A DNA stretch of 64,000 nucleotides from a virus. The position numbers and the translations under genes are program-made. The stretch spans positions 41,095-105,094 of the IMG/VR virus record IMGVR_UViG_3300028840_002691. The stretch is one strand, 5' to 3'. The notes beneath the pieces are model-generated. The model was given only the letters and a program-made list of their open reading frames with translations, had not been told where the DNA came from and did no database searches. Below are positions 29,944 to 39,762 of the stretch, one piece after another; position 1 is the stretch's first letter, and the number at the start of each line of letters is the position of its first letter.

Positions 29944-31913
29944 TGGCAGACGCCTACATATATGGGGCTATAGAGTTTACGGGTGGCGGTCGCAGCTCAC
30001 TGGACAATATAGACGGTAATGACTTGCAAGAGAATGATGCTGCATTCGTAATAAAAGACGGCTTCTTTTATGCATATAGACTCAATGCTTCCTCAGCGGC
30101 TTCTGAAAGTGTACCTCATGTAATTTCACCAGATGTAAATGCTGGGGATAAGCGTTGGGAACTGCAGTCGGGGAATCTCGCTTACCTGATTGATCCGACA
30201 GAATCTGACCAGGGAGCAGCAGGCAACGGACGCACATTGAAGGACATTGCTAATTCTGTTGGCACTTCGAAGCATGTGGAAGTTTGGTTCACGAATGTGG
30301 GTGGGGCAACAGGTAATACTACACCATACTATCTCGATACGTCTTTAGACCTCTCATCGTATACCAATATGCATTTCCGTTTCATGTCTGGGGCTTACTT
30401 GGACCAGGTGACAGGGGATGAGGTTTTAACTGTTCCTTCCCCACAGCACATTATAGCCCTACCTGTTACAAAAATTGCAGACGGCAATATGCTCGCCTTT
30501 GCTGCCGGTGGTACTGCTTACCCTGAATGGCTAGGTGTCGACAGTACCAGTGGTGAAACAGCAATTAACGCAATAATAGCAAGGCTCTTTGCTGCTGGTG
30601 GTGGAATTTGCCACCTCCAACCGAAGACCTACACTATAGACGGGAAGATCATCGTATACGAAGACGTAATTCTACAGGGAGTGTTGAACAACTACGGTGG
30701 AGCAGCACATATAACAGGCACAATGATAACCCTCGCAGACTCATCAGACTGCGACATGGTGCAGACAACCCTATCTGCTGCGACCTACCATAATGGTGGC
30801 ATCAGGCAGGTAGCATTTGATGGTAACTCGGCAAACCAGGCAAGTGGTAAAGGGCTTGTTGATGACGCAAAGAACGTGGTCTTTGAGGATGTGTTTGTAG
30901 TTGACTGTAAGGAGGAAGGCATAAATGAGTCTGGTGGATTTGCCAGCTTCACCAGGGTGCACTCCATAAACAACACAGAGGAGAACATTTCTATTGGTGG
31001 TGCTGATTGTAACTTTACTGACTGTGAGTTTCAAAATCCAGACATAGGAGATTCTGGAACCTATGCTAATATTTATCTCAACGGCACTCATAACAGGTTC
31101 TTAAATTGCAGGATTGGATCAAGCAATTCTACAAGTACGCATGGGGTACACATTCAGGCTGCAGCTTATTATAATGATTTTACGGGTTGTGAGTTTAGGT
31201 TCTCTGAAGAATGGGGTATTAAAGATGAGGGCGGGGCAACTTCTATTACTGGATGCACATTCCAAAATAATAAAAGTGGAGGAATACAGGTTCTTGCCAA
31301 CAGTGTGTCAATTACAGGTGGTGAGATCAGGTGTGATAGTGCCACTAAAGCCACTGTAGAACTTGGGTCGGCTGGCACACAGGTAGATTATATAAACATC
31401 GTCGGTGTTGCAGAACTAAACGGATATGTCCAGTGTGTTAATGTTGGAAGCCATATTGTCATTCAAACAGACAAAACCAACAATACTCTTGAGATTGATA
31501 ATTCAAATGTTGCCACATCGGGGTTGGGAGAGGACACACTACAGGCCAAGGGTATCGAAGCAAAGTATATGGGTGATACTTCCGGCATTCGCATAACTGC
31601 CGCAGGAACCATATCTGGTGCAAACGATACCAAGACAATTAGGCTCTATTTTGGCGCTACAAGCGTTACGGTAATATCAGCAGCTGCGGGAGATGAGACA
31701 GATTGGAGAATAGTTGCGGATATTTGGAATACAGCCACTAATGCACAGAGATGGTCGTGGACGGGTGTAGAATCTGACGGCACAATCACATCCGGTTATG
31801 ATACTTCAGCCATAGATACTACCGCCGCTGTTACGTTAAAACTTTCTGGGGAGTGCGCTAATGTTAATGATACAATCACGCAAACAATGTGGGTAGTAGA
31901 ATCTATTAGATAA
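29943..31913 (+). CDS. Tail spike/fibre with pectate-lyase-like beta-helix
   Basis: PEW.G, AIN.......GGG..L..K.Y, DGN..NQ and repeated F..C.F motifs. Confidence 0.75.
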   Translation: MADAYIYGAIEFTGGGRSSLDNIDGNDLQENDAAFVIKDGFFYAYRLNASSAASESVPHVISPDVNAGDKRWELQSGNLAYLIDPTESDQGAAGNGRTLKDIANSVGTSKHVEVWFTNVGGATGNTTPYYLDTSLDLSSYTNMHFRFMSGAYLDQVTGDEVLTVPSPQHIIALPVTKIADGNMLAFAAGGTAYPEWLGVDSTSGETAINAIIARLFAAGGGICHLQPKTYTIDGKIIVYEDVILQGVLNNYGGAAHITGTMITLADSSDCDMVQTTLSAATYHNGGIRQVAFDGNSANQASGKGLVDDAKNVVFEDVFVVDCKEEGINESGGFASFTRVHSINNTEENISIGGADCNFTDCEFQNPDIGDSGTYANIYLNGTHNRFLNCRIGSSNSTSTHGVHIQAAAYYNDFTGCEFRFSEEWGIKDEGGATSITGCTFQNNKSGGIQVLANSVSITGGEIRCDSATKATVELGSAGTQVDYINIVGVAELNGYVQCVNVGSHIVIQTDKTNNTLEIDNSNVATSGLGEDTLQAKGIEAKYMGDTSGIRITAAGTISGANDTKTIRLYFGATSVTVISAAAGDETDWRIVADIWNTATNAQRWSWTGVESDGTITSGYDTSAIDTTAAVTLKLSGECANVNDTITQTMWVVESIR

Positions 31914-31934
31914 AAGTGTAAAAGAAAAGAAGGA

Positions 31935-33926
31935 ATGGCGGCATATTTCAAATATACATCAGGAACGTTCTTCAGAGACACTGCAGGAGTGGCTTGGAGC
32001 CACAGGTGGGATCCTACGAGCTACTTTACTGATTTCAAAGACGAGGTAACTAGCGAAAAGGTATTTCTGGCCGAGATACAAGTGGCTGAGAAGGTCACTG
32101 GCTGGACACAGTACCCAGCGTCTTCTGCTTACTACAAGAGCTACCTGAATGAAACCATCACACTGGCCGACGAGAACAGCTCCACAGAAACCGTAAGAAA
32201 AGAAGTAGTGGCTGTTGAAGAGGACGGTACTGCATTGACAGAAAAAAGCAGCGTGGCGAATGTTGTAGCCAACGCAGGCAGTTTCTACCACGACACTGAC
32301 GCTGGTACCTTGTACGTGCATACCTCTGGCAGCGATACTCCTGATGACCACACGATAATTGCGTACTTCTGGTTGTACTTCGGCACAAAGGGCATAGAGC
32401 TGAACGGCAAGTTTTACGAGCCCTACATCCACGAACGTGGTATTCCAACCCTGAAGCAGCGCAACGCCAACATCCACTGGGGCATATCAGAGATCAGTAG
32501 CGGCAACCTGGTGCTCATAAACAACCGTGGGTACTTTGATCAGATTTCTAGGAAATTCATTTGGCGCAACAAGAAAGTCAAGCTGCTTCTGGGTGGTAAT
32601 GATTTAGCCTACGGAGAGTACGAGACTCTATTCACTGGGATCATAGTGGATAAGGTATTTACCCGCAGGGAAGTCACCTTGAGGCTGAAATCTACTGCTT
32701 TTAGGCTGTTGGAAAGTATACCTACAACCTTTTTCGACACGACCACTTATCCAAATATGGACCCGAACAAAGCTGGTTGGGCCATGCCCATCTACTACGG
32801 CAACTACGACTCCAGGATAAGCCCCATCGTCACCTGCGTAGACAACCCAGGAGTGAATCAGTACATTTTTAGGGTGGCAGTGCATTCACTGAAGTCGATA
32901 AGTGGTGCGTCGATTTCTTACAGTGGCAGCTCAACTTTTAATACTATCGCTATGGACAGCTACAGCGAGTCCGACGCCACGGTGCAGTTGACTGCTGCTG
33001 GCTATGTGAATGGTTACTCAAAGGTCAGGGTGGCTTTCGAGGGCAAGGCAGACGCCTCAGGCAACCTGATAGAGAGCGGAGTTAGCATTGTTGAGGATTT
33101 GCTCACTAGTTATTGTGGCTACTCTTCGGCAGATATAGATGCTACTTCCTCCACTTGCTCAGCTGCCATAGCCGAGTTCAACCTCAATGTACCAATAGAA
33201 GCAGAAGTACAGGCACTGGCAGTGATAGAGAGGGTTTGTGTCAGCGAGCTGGCTTACTTCGACGAGGATGGTGATGGTCAGTTGCGGTACAGGGTGTGGG
33301 AGCCTACGATAACTCCCAGCGCCCCGAAAGTTGACGATATTGATTTTCTGGAGCCTACTCCAGTGATCCAGGATGACAGCGAGTGGCTGTTCTACAAAGT
33401 GCGGATAGGACACTCATACAGGTGCTGGTCTGGTGGCTGGATCTACGATGACTACTACAACGCTGACAGCCAGTACAAGTACGGCATAGACGACGAGCTG
33501 ACGGTGAACACATATCTCAGGAGCAGTAACGACGGAGACACCCTGGCAAGAAGAATGACTATTCTCACCAGAGACCCTTCGCCTATTTTAACAGGTCGGT
33601 TCAAAACTCCTATCATAAACAGACTGCTTGGAGATAAATTACAAATCACTTTGGACAGGGCTCCGTACGAGACCGCCGGGGGCTATGATGATAGGGTGTT
33701 TGAGATCTTCGGCTCCGAGCTGTCCTTCTTCCCACTGGAGCACAAGATACAGGCCCGAGACCTAGTGGACTATGGCAAGGGACAGGGCTTCTGGATGGCT
33801 ACAGGTTCGCCTACTTACGGTGCTTGCACCCAGCAGCAAAGGGACAACAGTGGCTTCTGGTGCGACACTAGTGGCTATGCAGAAACTGCAGACAAAGACT
33901 CACTGGACAAATCACGGTGGTGGTAA
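31935..33926 (+). CDS. Tail tip/hub protein
   Basis: Position; F.G.I, P.YYG, LGD patterns. Confidence 0.6.
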   Translation: MAAYFKYTSGTFFRDTAGVAWSHRWDPTSYFTDFKDEVTSEKVFLAEIQVAEKVTGWTQYPASSAYYKSYLNETITLADENSSTETVRKEVVAVEEDGTALTEKSSVANVVANAGSFYHDTDAGTLYVHTSGSDTPDDHTIIAYFWLYFGTKGIELNGKFYEPYIHERGIPTLKQRNANIHWGISEISSGNLVLINNRGYFDQISRKFIWRNKKVKLLLGGNDLAYGEYETLFTGIIVDKVFTRREVTLRLKSTAFRLLESIPTTFFDTTTYPNMDPNKAGWAMPIYYGNYDSRISPIVTCVDNPGVNQYIFRVAVHSLKSISGASISYSGSSTFNTIAMDSYSESDATVQLTAAGYVNGYSKVRVAFEGKADASGNLIESGVSIVEDLLTSYCGYSSADIDATSSTCSAAIAEFNLNVPIEAEVQALAVIERVCVSELAYFDEDGDGQLRYRVWEPTITPSAPKVDDIDFLEPTPVIQDDSEWLFYKVRIGHSYRCWSGGWIYDDYYNADSQYKYGIDDELTVNTYLRSSNDGDTLARRMTILTRDPSPILTGRFKTPIINRLLGDKLQITLDRAPYETAGGYDDRVFEIFGSELSFFPLEHKIQARDLVDYGKGQGFWMATGSPTYGACTQQQRDNSGFWCDTSGYAETADKDSLDKSRWW

Positions 33927-34241
33927 ATGGGTAACGAGAAATTGACGCCTATAAACAAGATAAACCTGAACGGCAAGACCATAAAGAAGGTTTTCTTTGC
34001 CCACATTTCTGGTGGCGACAAGATGTACATCGTATTCACAGATGCCACCGTTCTGGTGATGCCAGTGCACAGAACGTGCCCTGTGCAGGCTGGCAGGTTT
34101 GAAGACTTCCTGGAAGACCGTGAAGAGGTGGTCAACCAGATGAGAGTGGAGATGCAGGTGTTCTGCACCGAGCATCAAAAGATTATAGATTTCTTGACAA
34201 AGGAAGTGGACAATGGCTTGGACGGCAAGCAATCTGGTTAG
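33927..34241 (+). CDS. Hypothetical protein
   Basis: Abuts the previous gene; LNGKTIKKV. Confidence 0.55.
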   Translation: MGNEKLTPINKINLNGKTIKKVFFAHISGGDKMYIVFTDATVLVMPVHRTCPVQAGRFEDFLEDREEVVNQMRVEMQVFCTEHQKIIDFLTKEVDNGLDGKQSG

Positions 34242-34911
34242 CGTCAGCGATGCCACAGAGAAGGACCACTACGACAAGCTCTGGGACAATGCCGATTACC
34301 TGAAAGATGCCCGTGACGACACCGACGAGGACTCTTACGCTGCCTTTGTGGCTGACGATCACTACAAAGTGCAGATAAACAGCAAGGACGCGGCGTGCTT
34401 TAAAACCACAGGAGTCTCTCTTGGCTGGCACATAAACTCGGCAGACTTGTTTGATCTCTCACAGTACGGCATGACGCTTCATACCACCACTAAGGTCTAC
34501 TCACACCTGACTCCGGACACTCCACAGGCCATCGCCAGTGACGAATGGACGCTGGTGCAGTTCAACTCTGAAGCCAGTGGGTATGATAACTTGAGCGAGT
34601 ACAACACAGGCACTTACACCTGGACCTGTTCTGAGGCTGGCTACTACCTGTTTACGTCTTATCTGGGGATAAAGGACGCAGACGATGCCATTGGCTATGG
34701 GGTGGCTTTCAAGAACAGCGCAGTGACAAAGGCAGCAGCAATGCAGGTCTCTGGAGCTACAGACTCAAGGATAGCCGTTGGGGTGAATTGCATTCTGTCT
34801 GTGGCTGCAGGGGTAACAATACAGACTTACTGTTACTGTGGTGGCACTGGAGACAAGAACATCCTCTCCGGAGTGACGGAAACTTACTTTATGGTACACA
34901 GGTTATCTTGA
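34213..34911 (+). CDS. Short tail fibre/receptor-binding protein with C1q-like C-terminus, paralog 1
   Basis: MAWT start; YD....Y....YT.TC..AGYY.F. Confidence 0.7.
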   Translation: MAWTASNLVSVSDATEKDHYDKLWDNADYLKDARDDTDEDSYAAFVADDHYKVQINSKDAACFKTTGVSLGWHINSADLFDLSQYGMTLHTTTKVYSHLTPDTPQAIASDEWTLVQFNSEASGYDNLSEYNTGTYTWTCSEAGYYLFTSYLGIKDADDAIGYGVAFKNSAVTKAAAMQVSGATDSRIAVGVNCILSVAAGVTIQTYCYCGGTGDKNILSGVTETYFMVHRLS

Positions 34912-34912
34912 C

Positions 34913-35623
34913 ATGGCTTGGACTACAGCAAACCCAGTGAGCATAGGCGCTCCGACCAGGAAGTCTCAGTACGACAAGCTCTGGGACAATGTTCAGTACC
35001 TGAAGGACGTTAGGGACGATAGCGATGATGATTCCTACGTGTCCTTCCCTAATGATGATCAGAGGAAACTGCTGATAGCTTCCACGGATGATTGGTGCTT
35101 CACTACTACTGGTGTTTCTTTAGGATACCAACTGCCTGCACCAGACGCCACTGTGTTCAGTTTGTCTCAGTATGGGATGACTTTGAGGACCAGCAGGATA
35201 AGTGCTTATGACACGGCAGATTACCCTGGTGGAGCATCTTTCATTGAGGTTGATTTTGACAGTGAACATTTCGATACTCTTAGTGAGTATGATACTACAC
35301 CTTGCGAGTTCACTTCTAGTGAGGCTGGGTATTATCTTTGTATTTGTCAGAACACTTTGAGGGGCTATGAAGCAGTGGACGGTCTCAAGATTGCTTCTTG
35401 TATTTATAGGGGGCTTCCGCATCACGAAGCGTATTATACTAATGTGTGCTCAATTGGAGCTACTGGGGTTACTTGTTCAGTGTCTGTTATGGCGGTCATT
35501 TATTTGTCTGCTGCTTCTGCAGATTGGTGCGGAGGTGTGTCACATTCAGCAGGAATGGGTGTAAGCTTGGATTTTGTTGGTCAGGATGAGTGGAGTTTTT
35601 TTCAGATGCATAGACTTTCCTAA
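34913..35623 (+). CDS. Short tail fibre/receptor-binding protein with C1q-like C-terminus, paralog 2
   Basis: Shares YDKLWDN..YLKD.RDD, CF.TTGVSLG, LSQYGMTL, SEAGYYL and HRLS end with paralog 1. Confidence 0.7.
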   Translation: MAWTTANPVSIGAPTRKSQYDKLWDNVQYLKDVRDDSDDDSYVSFPNDDQRKLLIASTDDWCFTTTGVSLGYQLPAPDATVFSLSQYGMTLRTSRISAYDTADYPGGASFIEVDFDSEHFDTLSEYDTTPCEFTSSEAGYYLCICQNTLRGYEAVDGLKIASCIYRGLPHHEAYYTNVCSIGATGVTCSVSVMAVIYLSAASADWCGGVSHSAGMGVSLDFVGQDEWSFFQMHRLS

Positions 35624-35637
35624 GGAGACTGTAAGAC

Positions 35638-35856
35638 ATGGGGATCATAAATATAACATTGACGGCAGAGGAGGAGAAGGCTTTGACCTGGCGATATGGC
35701 AGCGCTGCAGCCTGGGCGCAGAGCTACCTGAAACACCTGGCAGGACAGGCGATAAACTCCTTCGTAGAGGAGTTCAGTGATTATCAGGCTCGTAAGAAGA
35801 CAGCGGAAGAAAAAGATACGATAGTCAGCAACACCACAGTTGATAAAAAAATATAA
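35638..35856 (+). CDS. Small tail-associated hypothetical protein
   Basis: AGGAG RBS; follows fibre genes. Confidence 0.55.
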   Translation: MGIINITLTAEEEKALTWRYGSAAAWAQSYLKHLAGQAINSFVEEFSDYQARKKTAEEKDTIVSNTTVDKKI

Positions 35857-35870
35857 AATGGAGACTCTTT

Positions 35871-36260
35871 ATGGATGTGAACATTGCTCAAGTTGCTATT
35901 TCTGCTATCGGAGTTGTTGTGGCTGCTGGAGTTTCTGGAGTTCTAGTCAGGTTTATTCTGGCTGGACACGCAACACAGATCGCAAAATTGGAAGACTTCA
36001 AGGGGAAGGTAAAGATGCCAAATGTCGGAGAGAGCATGTGTGACGCACGGCACGGTAAGCACGAGGAAATGTGTACTGAACGGCGTGACCAGATCGAGAG
36101 AGGCATAAAATTTCTGTTCGACGAGCACAAAACGCTAATTTCAGAAATAAAGAGAGACCACGACGTGGTGACCATAGTCAGGACCAAGCTTGACAGCTTT
36201 AACAAGAGGTTTGACGGCATAGACAGAAAGCTAGATAAGCTGAACAACAAAGATGCCTAA
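35871..36260 (+). CDS. Single-TM coiled-coil protein (holin/antiholin-like)
   Basis: N-terminal TM segment, coiled coil; start of lysis region. Confidence 0.5.
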   Translation: MDVNIAQVAISAIGVVVAAGVSGVLVRFILAGHATQIAKLEDFKGKVKMPNVGESMCDARHGKHEEMCTERRDQIERGIKFLFDEHKTLISEIKRDHDVVTIVRTKLDSFNKRFDGIDRKLDKLNNKDA

Positions 36261-36465
36261 ACGTAAAGATCCAGACTTCACCGTAGACCAGATTGAGCAC
36301 CTGCGGCACATGTGCCTAAACGAGCTGGTGGTGGACTTCAGCCAGTGCAAGTGCTTCCACGAGTGTTGTCTGCTGAATGCCTTTGAGGCCAGAATGAAGA
36401 AGAAACTGGACGATCTGATGAAGGCGGCAAAGAAGTATGAGCGAACTAAGAGAGAAACAAAATAG
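36253..36465 (+). CDS. Small Cys-rich hypothetical protein
   Basis: C....C..C....C pattern; overlaps neighbours. Confidence 0.5.
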   Translation: MPKRKDPDFTVDQIEHLRHMCLNELVVDFSQCKCFHECCLLNAFEARMKKKLDDLMKAAKKYERTKRETK

Positions 36466-36757
36466 ATTCGCCAGGATGTATGCACAGCTAATATTGTATG
36501 CTCAGGAGCTTGGCTATACGCTGGCGCTGGCGGACTGATACCGCAGTCCGCGTATGGAGCCGTGGTACGGCAACCCAAACTCCTGTCACAAGATAAAACT
36601 GGCTGGTGATCTGGACATATTCAAAGGTGAAGAGTATTTGACCAAAACTGCCGATCATGAACCTCTAGGCAAATTCTGGGAGTCAATGGGTGGCTCTTGG
36701 GGCGGACGGTTCAATGACGGCGATCACTATTCAGTTTCCTACAAAGGAAGGAGGTAA
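36437..36757 (+). CDS. Endolysin, peptidase M15 family, with in-frame TGA at 36536-36538
   Basis: MSELREKQNRFARMYAQLILYAQELGYTLALAD*YRSPR...NSCHKIKLAGD...WGGRFNDGDHYS; SxH-x6-D and DxxH zinc motifs. Confidence 0.85.
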
Positions 36758-36763
36758 AGAGAG

Positions 36764-37198
36764 ATGAGAAAACTTTCCGTATTGGCAATTGCAGCCTGCT
36801 TTTTGCTCACAGCTTGTGCAGGCATTGGCATCAACTTACAGCCAGAGGCCACAGACGTAGCCATGGAAGTGGTGGCGTTTACATTCGGGTACAAGGGTGT
36901 GGAGAAGTACCCCTCGGATTTTCAAGAAGCTGGGGTAATAGCCCGAGAGGGCTTAGAACTTCTGGAGGCAGACGAGCTCACCTTGAACGAGCTGGTAGAG
37001 AACCTGCGGGAAAAGGTGGTGCAGGAAGTCACGGAAGACCCGCTGCTCCAGTACCAGGTGAAGAAGCTGCTCAGCCTGGTGGAAGTGGACATCGACGCCG
37101 AGAACCCGATAGACATCCCAGGCGACAAGGACGAGCTGGTGAAGAAGATGCTCGCTGCGTTTGCCGAGGGCGTGGAGGCGCAGACCGTTGTCCAGTAG
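36764..37198 (+). CDS. Lipoprotein in lysis cassette
   Basis: Signal peptide with lipobox LTAC. Confidence 0.75.
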   Translation: MRKLSVLAIAACFLLTACAGIGINLQPEATDVAMEVVAFTFGYKGVEKYPSDFQEAGVIAREGLELLEADELTLNELVENLREKVVQEVTEDPLLQYQVKKLLSLVEVDIDAENPIDIPGDKDELVKKMLAAFAEGVEAQTVVQ

Positions 37199-37703
37199 CC
37201 CCTATACGGACGCTGTCAGAGAGGAGATTAAAACAGGAGACTGCATACAGTGGCAGTCTAACAGCATACTAGGAAAATTGATACGGATTTTCAGTCCGCA
37301 GATCAATCACTCCTCTCTGGCACTTCGCTTGGACTACAAGGGGTTGGAGGACAGGCGCTTTCTGCTAGAGGCGCTGGAGATGGGCATAGACATGAACCTG
37401 CTCTCGATGCGTCTGGACGACTACGACGGCAAGGCCTGGTGGTACAAGTTGCACAGCAAGTTCGACAGTCTGCGTGAGCACATTGGCGCTTGGGCACTGA
37501 AGCGTGTGGGCACACCGTACGACTACGGCAGCCTGTTCAAGAACATGATGGGCAGAGTGTCTGCGGATGCCAACAAGTTCTTCTGCTCCGAGTATGTGTA
37601 CCTCTGCTACTTGGAGCACCGCATTGTGCCGCGCATGAAGGCACCGAGACCAGGTGACCTAATACACCTCCCGATATGGGAGCGGATAGAAAGGATACGC
37701 TGA
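37188..37703 (+). CDS. Permuted NlpC/P60 (YiiX/YebB-like) papain-fold enzyme
   Basis: TGD, NHS, GTPYD, FCSEYV, PGDL; TTG start after GGAGG. Confidence 0.85.
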   Translation: MSSSPYTDAVREEIKTGDCIQWQSNSILGKLIRIFSPQINHSSLALRLDYKGLEDRRFLLEALEMGIDMNLLSMRLDDYDGKAWWYKLHSKFDSLREHIGAWALKRVGTPYDYGSLFKNMMGRVSADANKFFCSEYVYLCYLEHRIVPRMKAPRPGDLIHLPIWERIERIR

Positions 37704-37704
37704 T

Positions 37705-37917
37705 ATGAAAGGATGGAAGACAAAACTGGGAGCGATTTTCGTGGCTGTGGGCGGCGCTTGCCTGGCTGGAGCCAAGGTGATACCGGACCCAGTCGTTGCA
37801 CCGTGGCTCACGTTCGTGGGCGTGGTGCTGACTACTATGGGCGGCGGCACTGCAGCCTGGGGCTTAGGGCACAAGATTGAGAAGGCAACCACCAATAACC
37901 AACCAAAGAAGGAGTGA
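37705..37917 (+). CDS. Two-TM holin-like protein
   Basis: MKGWKT start, two TM segments, GLGHKIEK charged tail. Confidence 0.65.
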   Translation: MKGWKTKLGAIFVAVGGACLAGAKVIPDPVVAPWLTFVGVVLTTMGGGTAAWGLGHKIEKATTNNQPKKE

Positions 37918-38055
37918 AAACTAAGTTGAGGGAAGGGATGTACTGGGCACTGTTTGTGCTGTCACTGTTGGCGCTTGCTGCTGCTGGCGAACTTGTGCTG
38001 TTTGCATTGGGAGGGGGTTCGCTGCTTCTGCTCCTTTCTCTTGGCTTGAAGGACA

Positions 38056-38361
38056 GTGGTGATGAGACACAGAGAGCTAGAGAAGCTGTACGTGGGAGCG
38101 TTCCTGATGGCGGACGTGGAGCTGGACATGGCAACGGAGACAATAATGTCAGGGGTGATGAGCACTGAAAGTGGTGGATCGTATGTGCGTTCCACCATCG
38201 AGCACGACGAGCACGCACTGCCCGCGCTGATTGAGTTCTGCGACTACATTTCTTCCGAGAAGCAGTTGAGTTGGAGGCTGTTGCTGTTTGACGAGAACGG
38301 CATAACGGAGCTGGACAAGAACGTGTACCGTGGGATGACTTTCTCCACAGAGTTCCACTGA
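38056..38361 (+). CDS. Hypothetical protein
   Basis: Coding-like codon usage; start uncertain. Confidence 0.55.
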   Translation: MVMRHRELEKLYVGAFLMADVELDMATETIMSGVMSTESGGSYVRSTIEHDEHALPALIEFCDYISSEKQLSWRLLLFDENGITELDKNVYRGMTFSTEFH

Positions 38362-38406
38362 GCGTACTCCGGTTCCACTGGTGTTCACCCTAGGCTGTGA
38401 GGAACC

Positions 38407-39375
38407 ATGACTGATGAAAAGAAGTGGATCTACGCAAGAGAAGCTGCAAAAGTACTTGACTATAAGGACACGGCGTCCGTAAGCCGACTGGCTGCCAAGA
38501 ACAATGTGCGCACCAGAAAAGGCAAGCGCAGCTGGACGCTCTACCACAAGGGAGACCTGGAAAAGGCAAGAGAGAAATCAGAACTGCAATGTGTTCCGTA
38601 CAAGAACCTCTACACTCCACCAGAGTACAACACGTTCCCGAGGCTGAAAGGGGACTGGATGGTGATCGCGGACTGTCACTGTCCGCTGGTGGACTGGGCA
38701 CTCTGGGAGGAGAGCCTGCGGGTGCGGGACAAACTGAAGCTGAAGAACTTGGTGCTGGCCGGAGACACTCTGAACTGCACGGCTTTCAGTCGCTTCTATG
38801 AGATAGTGCGAATACCGTGGGAGGTCGAAAAGGAGTCAGCAGCGGAGTTGATCTGCGCTGCCTGCAAGGAGTACGACAAGGTGGTGATGCTGACAGCGAA
38901 CCACGAGCTGCGCTACCTGCGGCGGCTGTGGATAGACTACTCGGAGCGCGTGCTCAAGGAAGGGCAAATGCTTGACGTGTGGCAGCAGGTGACGGCCAAC
39001 GTAGAGAAGGAGTACAAGAGTCGGCTGAGGATAACCATCTTCCCGTACTGCGTGATAAACGAGAAACCTGGTCCTGGATGGCGGATAATACACCCGAGCG
39101 CCTACAGAAAGATCCCACTGTCGCTGGGTCGGGAGATGGCGGCGCTGCACTACCAGAACATCATCACCACCCACGCACACATGAGCGCCTGGAGCTATGC
39201 GCCGAACACTGAGCTGCAGTTGATAGACTGCGGAGTGTTTGCCAACCCGAAGACCTTCAGCTACAAGAACCTGCGCGTGACCGCGCATTTTCTCTGGTCG
39301 GAATCGTTTGTAGCCATAAAGGACAACGCAGGCTACCTGTTCAGGAAAGGAGACAAGTGGGCGGCAGTGTTATGA
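38407..39375 (+). CDS. Calcineurin-like metallophosphoesterase with N-terminal HTH
   Basis: DCH, GD, ANHE, H, HAH motifs; AREAAKVL at N-terminus. Confidence 0.85.
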   Translation: MTDEKKWIYAREAAKVLDYKDTASVSRLAAKNNVRTRKGKRSWTLYHKGDLEKAREKSELQCVPYKNLYTPPEYNTFPRLKGDWMVIADCHCPLVDWALWEESLRVRDKLKLKNLVLAGDTLNCTAFSRFYEIVRIPWEVEKESAAELICAACKEYDKVVMLTANHELRYLRRLWIDYSERVLKEGQMLDVWQQVTANVEKEYKSRLRITIFPYCVINEKPGPGWRIIHPSAYRKIPLSLGREMAALHYQNIITTHAHMSAWSYAPNTELQLIDCGVFANPKTFSYKNLRVTAHFLWSESFVAIKDNAGYLFRKGDKWAAVL

Positions 39376-39674
39376 CAAAGCAACAGGCGAACAATGTCCT
39401 CAAGGCTGCTTACAGGGACTTGAGAACGGGCGACATCACTGTGGTGTTCAAGAAGTTCAAGCGGGACGCTGGGCGCATTATGTTCGACGAGTCGCTGATA
39501 CTGCTGAATCCGAAGCGCGACATCTTGGCCACCTTTTTGCATGAGTACGGTCACCACCGCAACCCACAGGCCAATGAGAAGACCATCAAGGCTTGGGAGA
39601 AGGAGATCGTGAACCACCTCTCAGAGAGGCAATATCGTAATCTTTTCAAGCTGTTGGCTGCCGTTCTGCGGTGA
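39372..39674 (+). CDS. Small HExxH metallopeptidase-like protein
   Basis: TFLHEYGH...E. Confidence 0.65.
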   Translation: MTKQQANNVLKAAYRDLRTGDITVVFKKFKRDAGRIMFDESLILLNPKRDILATFLHEYGHHRNPQANEKTIKAWEKEIVNHLSERQYRNLFKLLAAVLR

Positions 39675-39733
39675 GCCTTCAACCGCCCACCGGAGTTTTT
39701 CTGCCTCCTTTCCCTCCGGTGGGCAAAAAAAAT

Positions 39734-39762
39734 TTTGGAAATCCGGATTTTTAGTGTATAAT
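39734..39762 (+). promoter_or_regulatory. Putative promoter (TTTGGA-17-TATAAT) with A-tract
   Basis: Shares features with promoters at 44279, 51569 and 61620; start of replication module. Confidence 0.6.

Noticed and set aside
34903-34915. +1 frameshift fusing the two fibre paralogs at TCT TGA C ATG
   Set aside because: tRNA-Ser cannot re-pair on CTT; simple translational coupling explains the spacing.
34213-35623. Diversity-generating retroelement acting on the duplicated fibre genes
   Set aside because: No reverse transcriptase in the window, and differences between the copies are not adenine-specific.
39685-39724. Intrinsic terminator at the late/early boundary
   Set aside because: The 11-bp stem is real but has no U tract after it on either strand; the following A run fits a promoter UP element.
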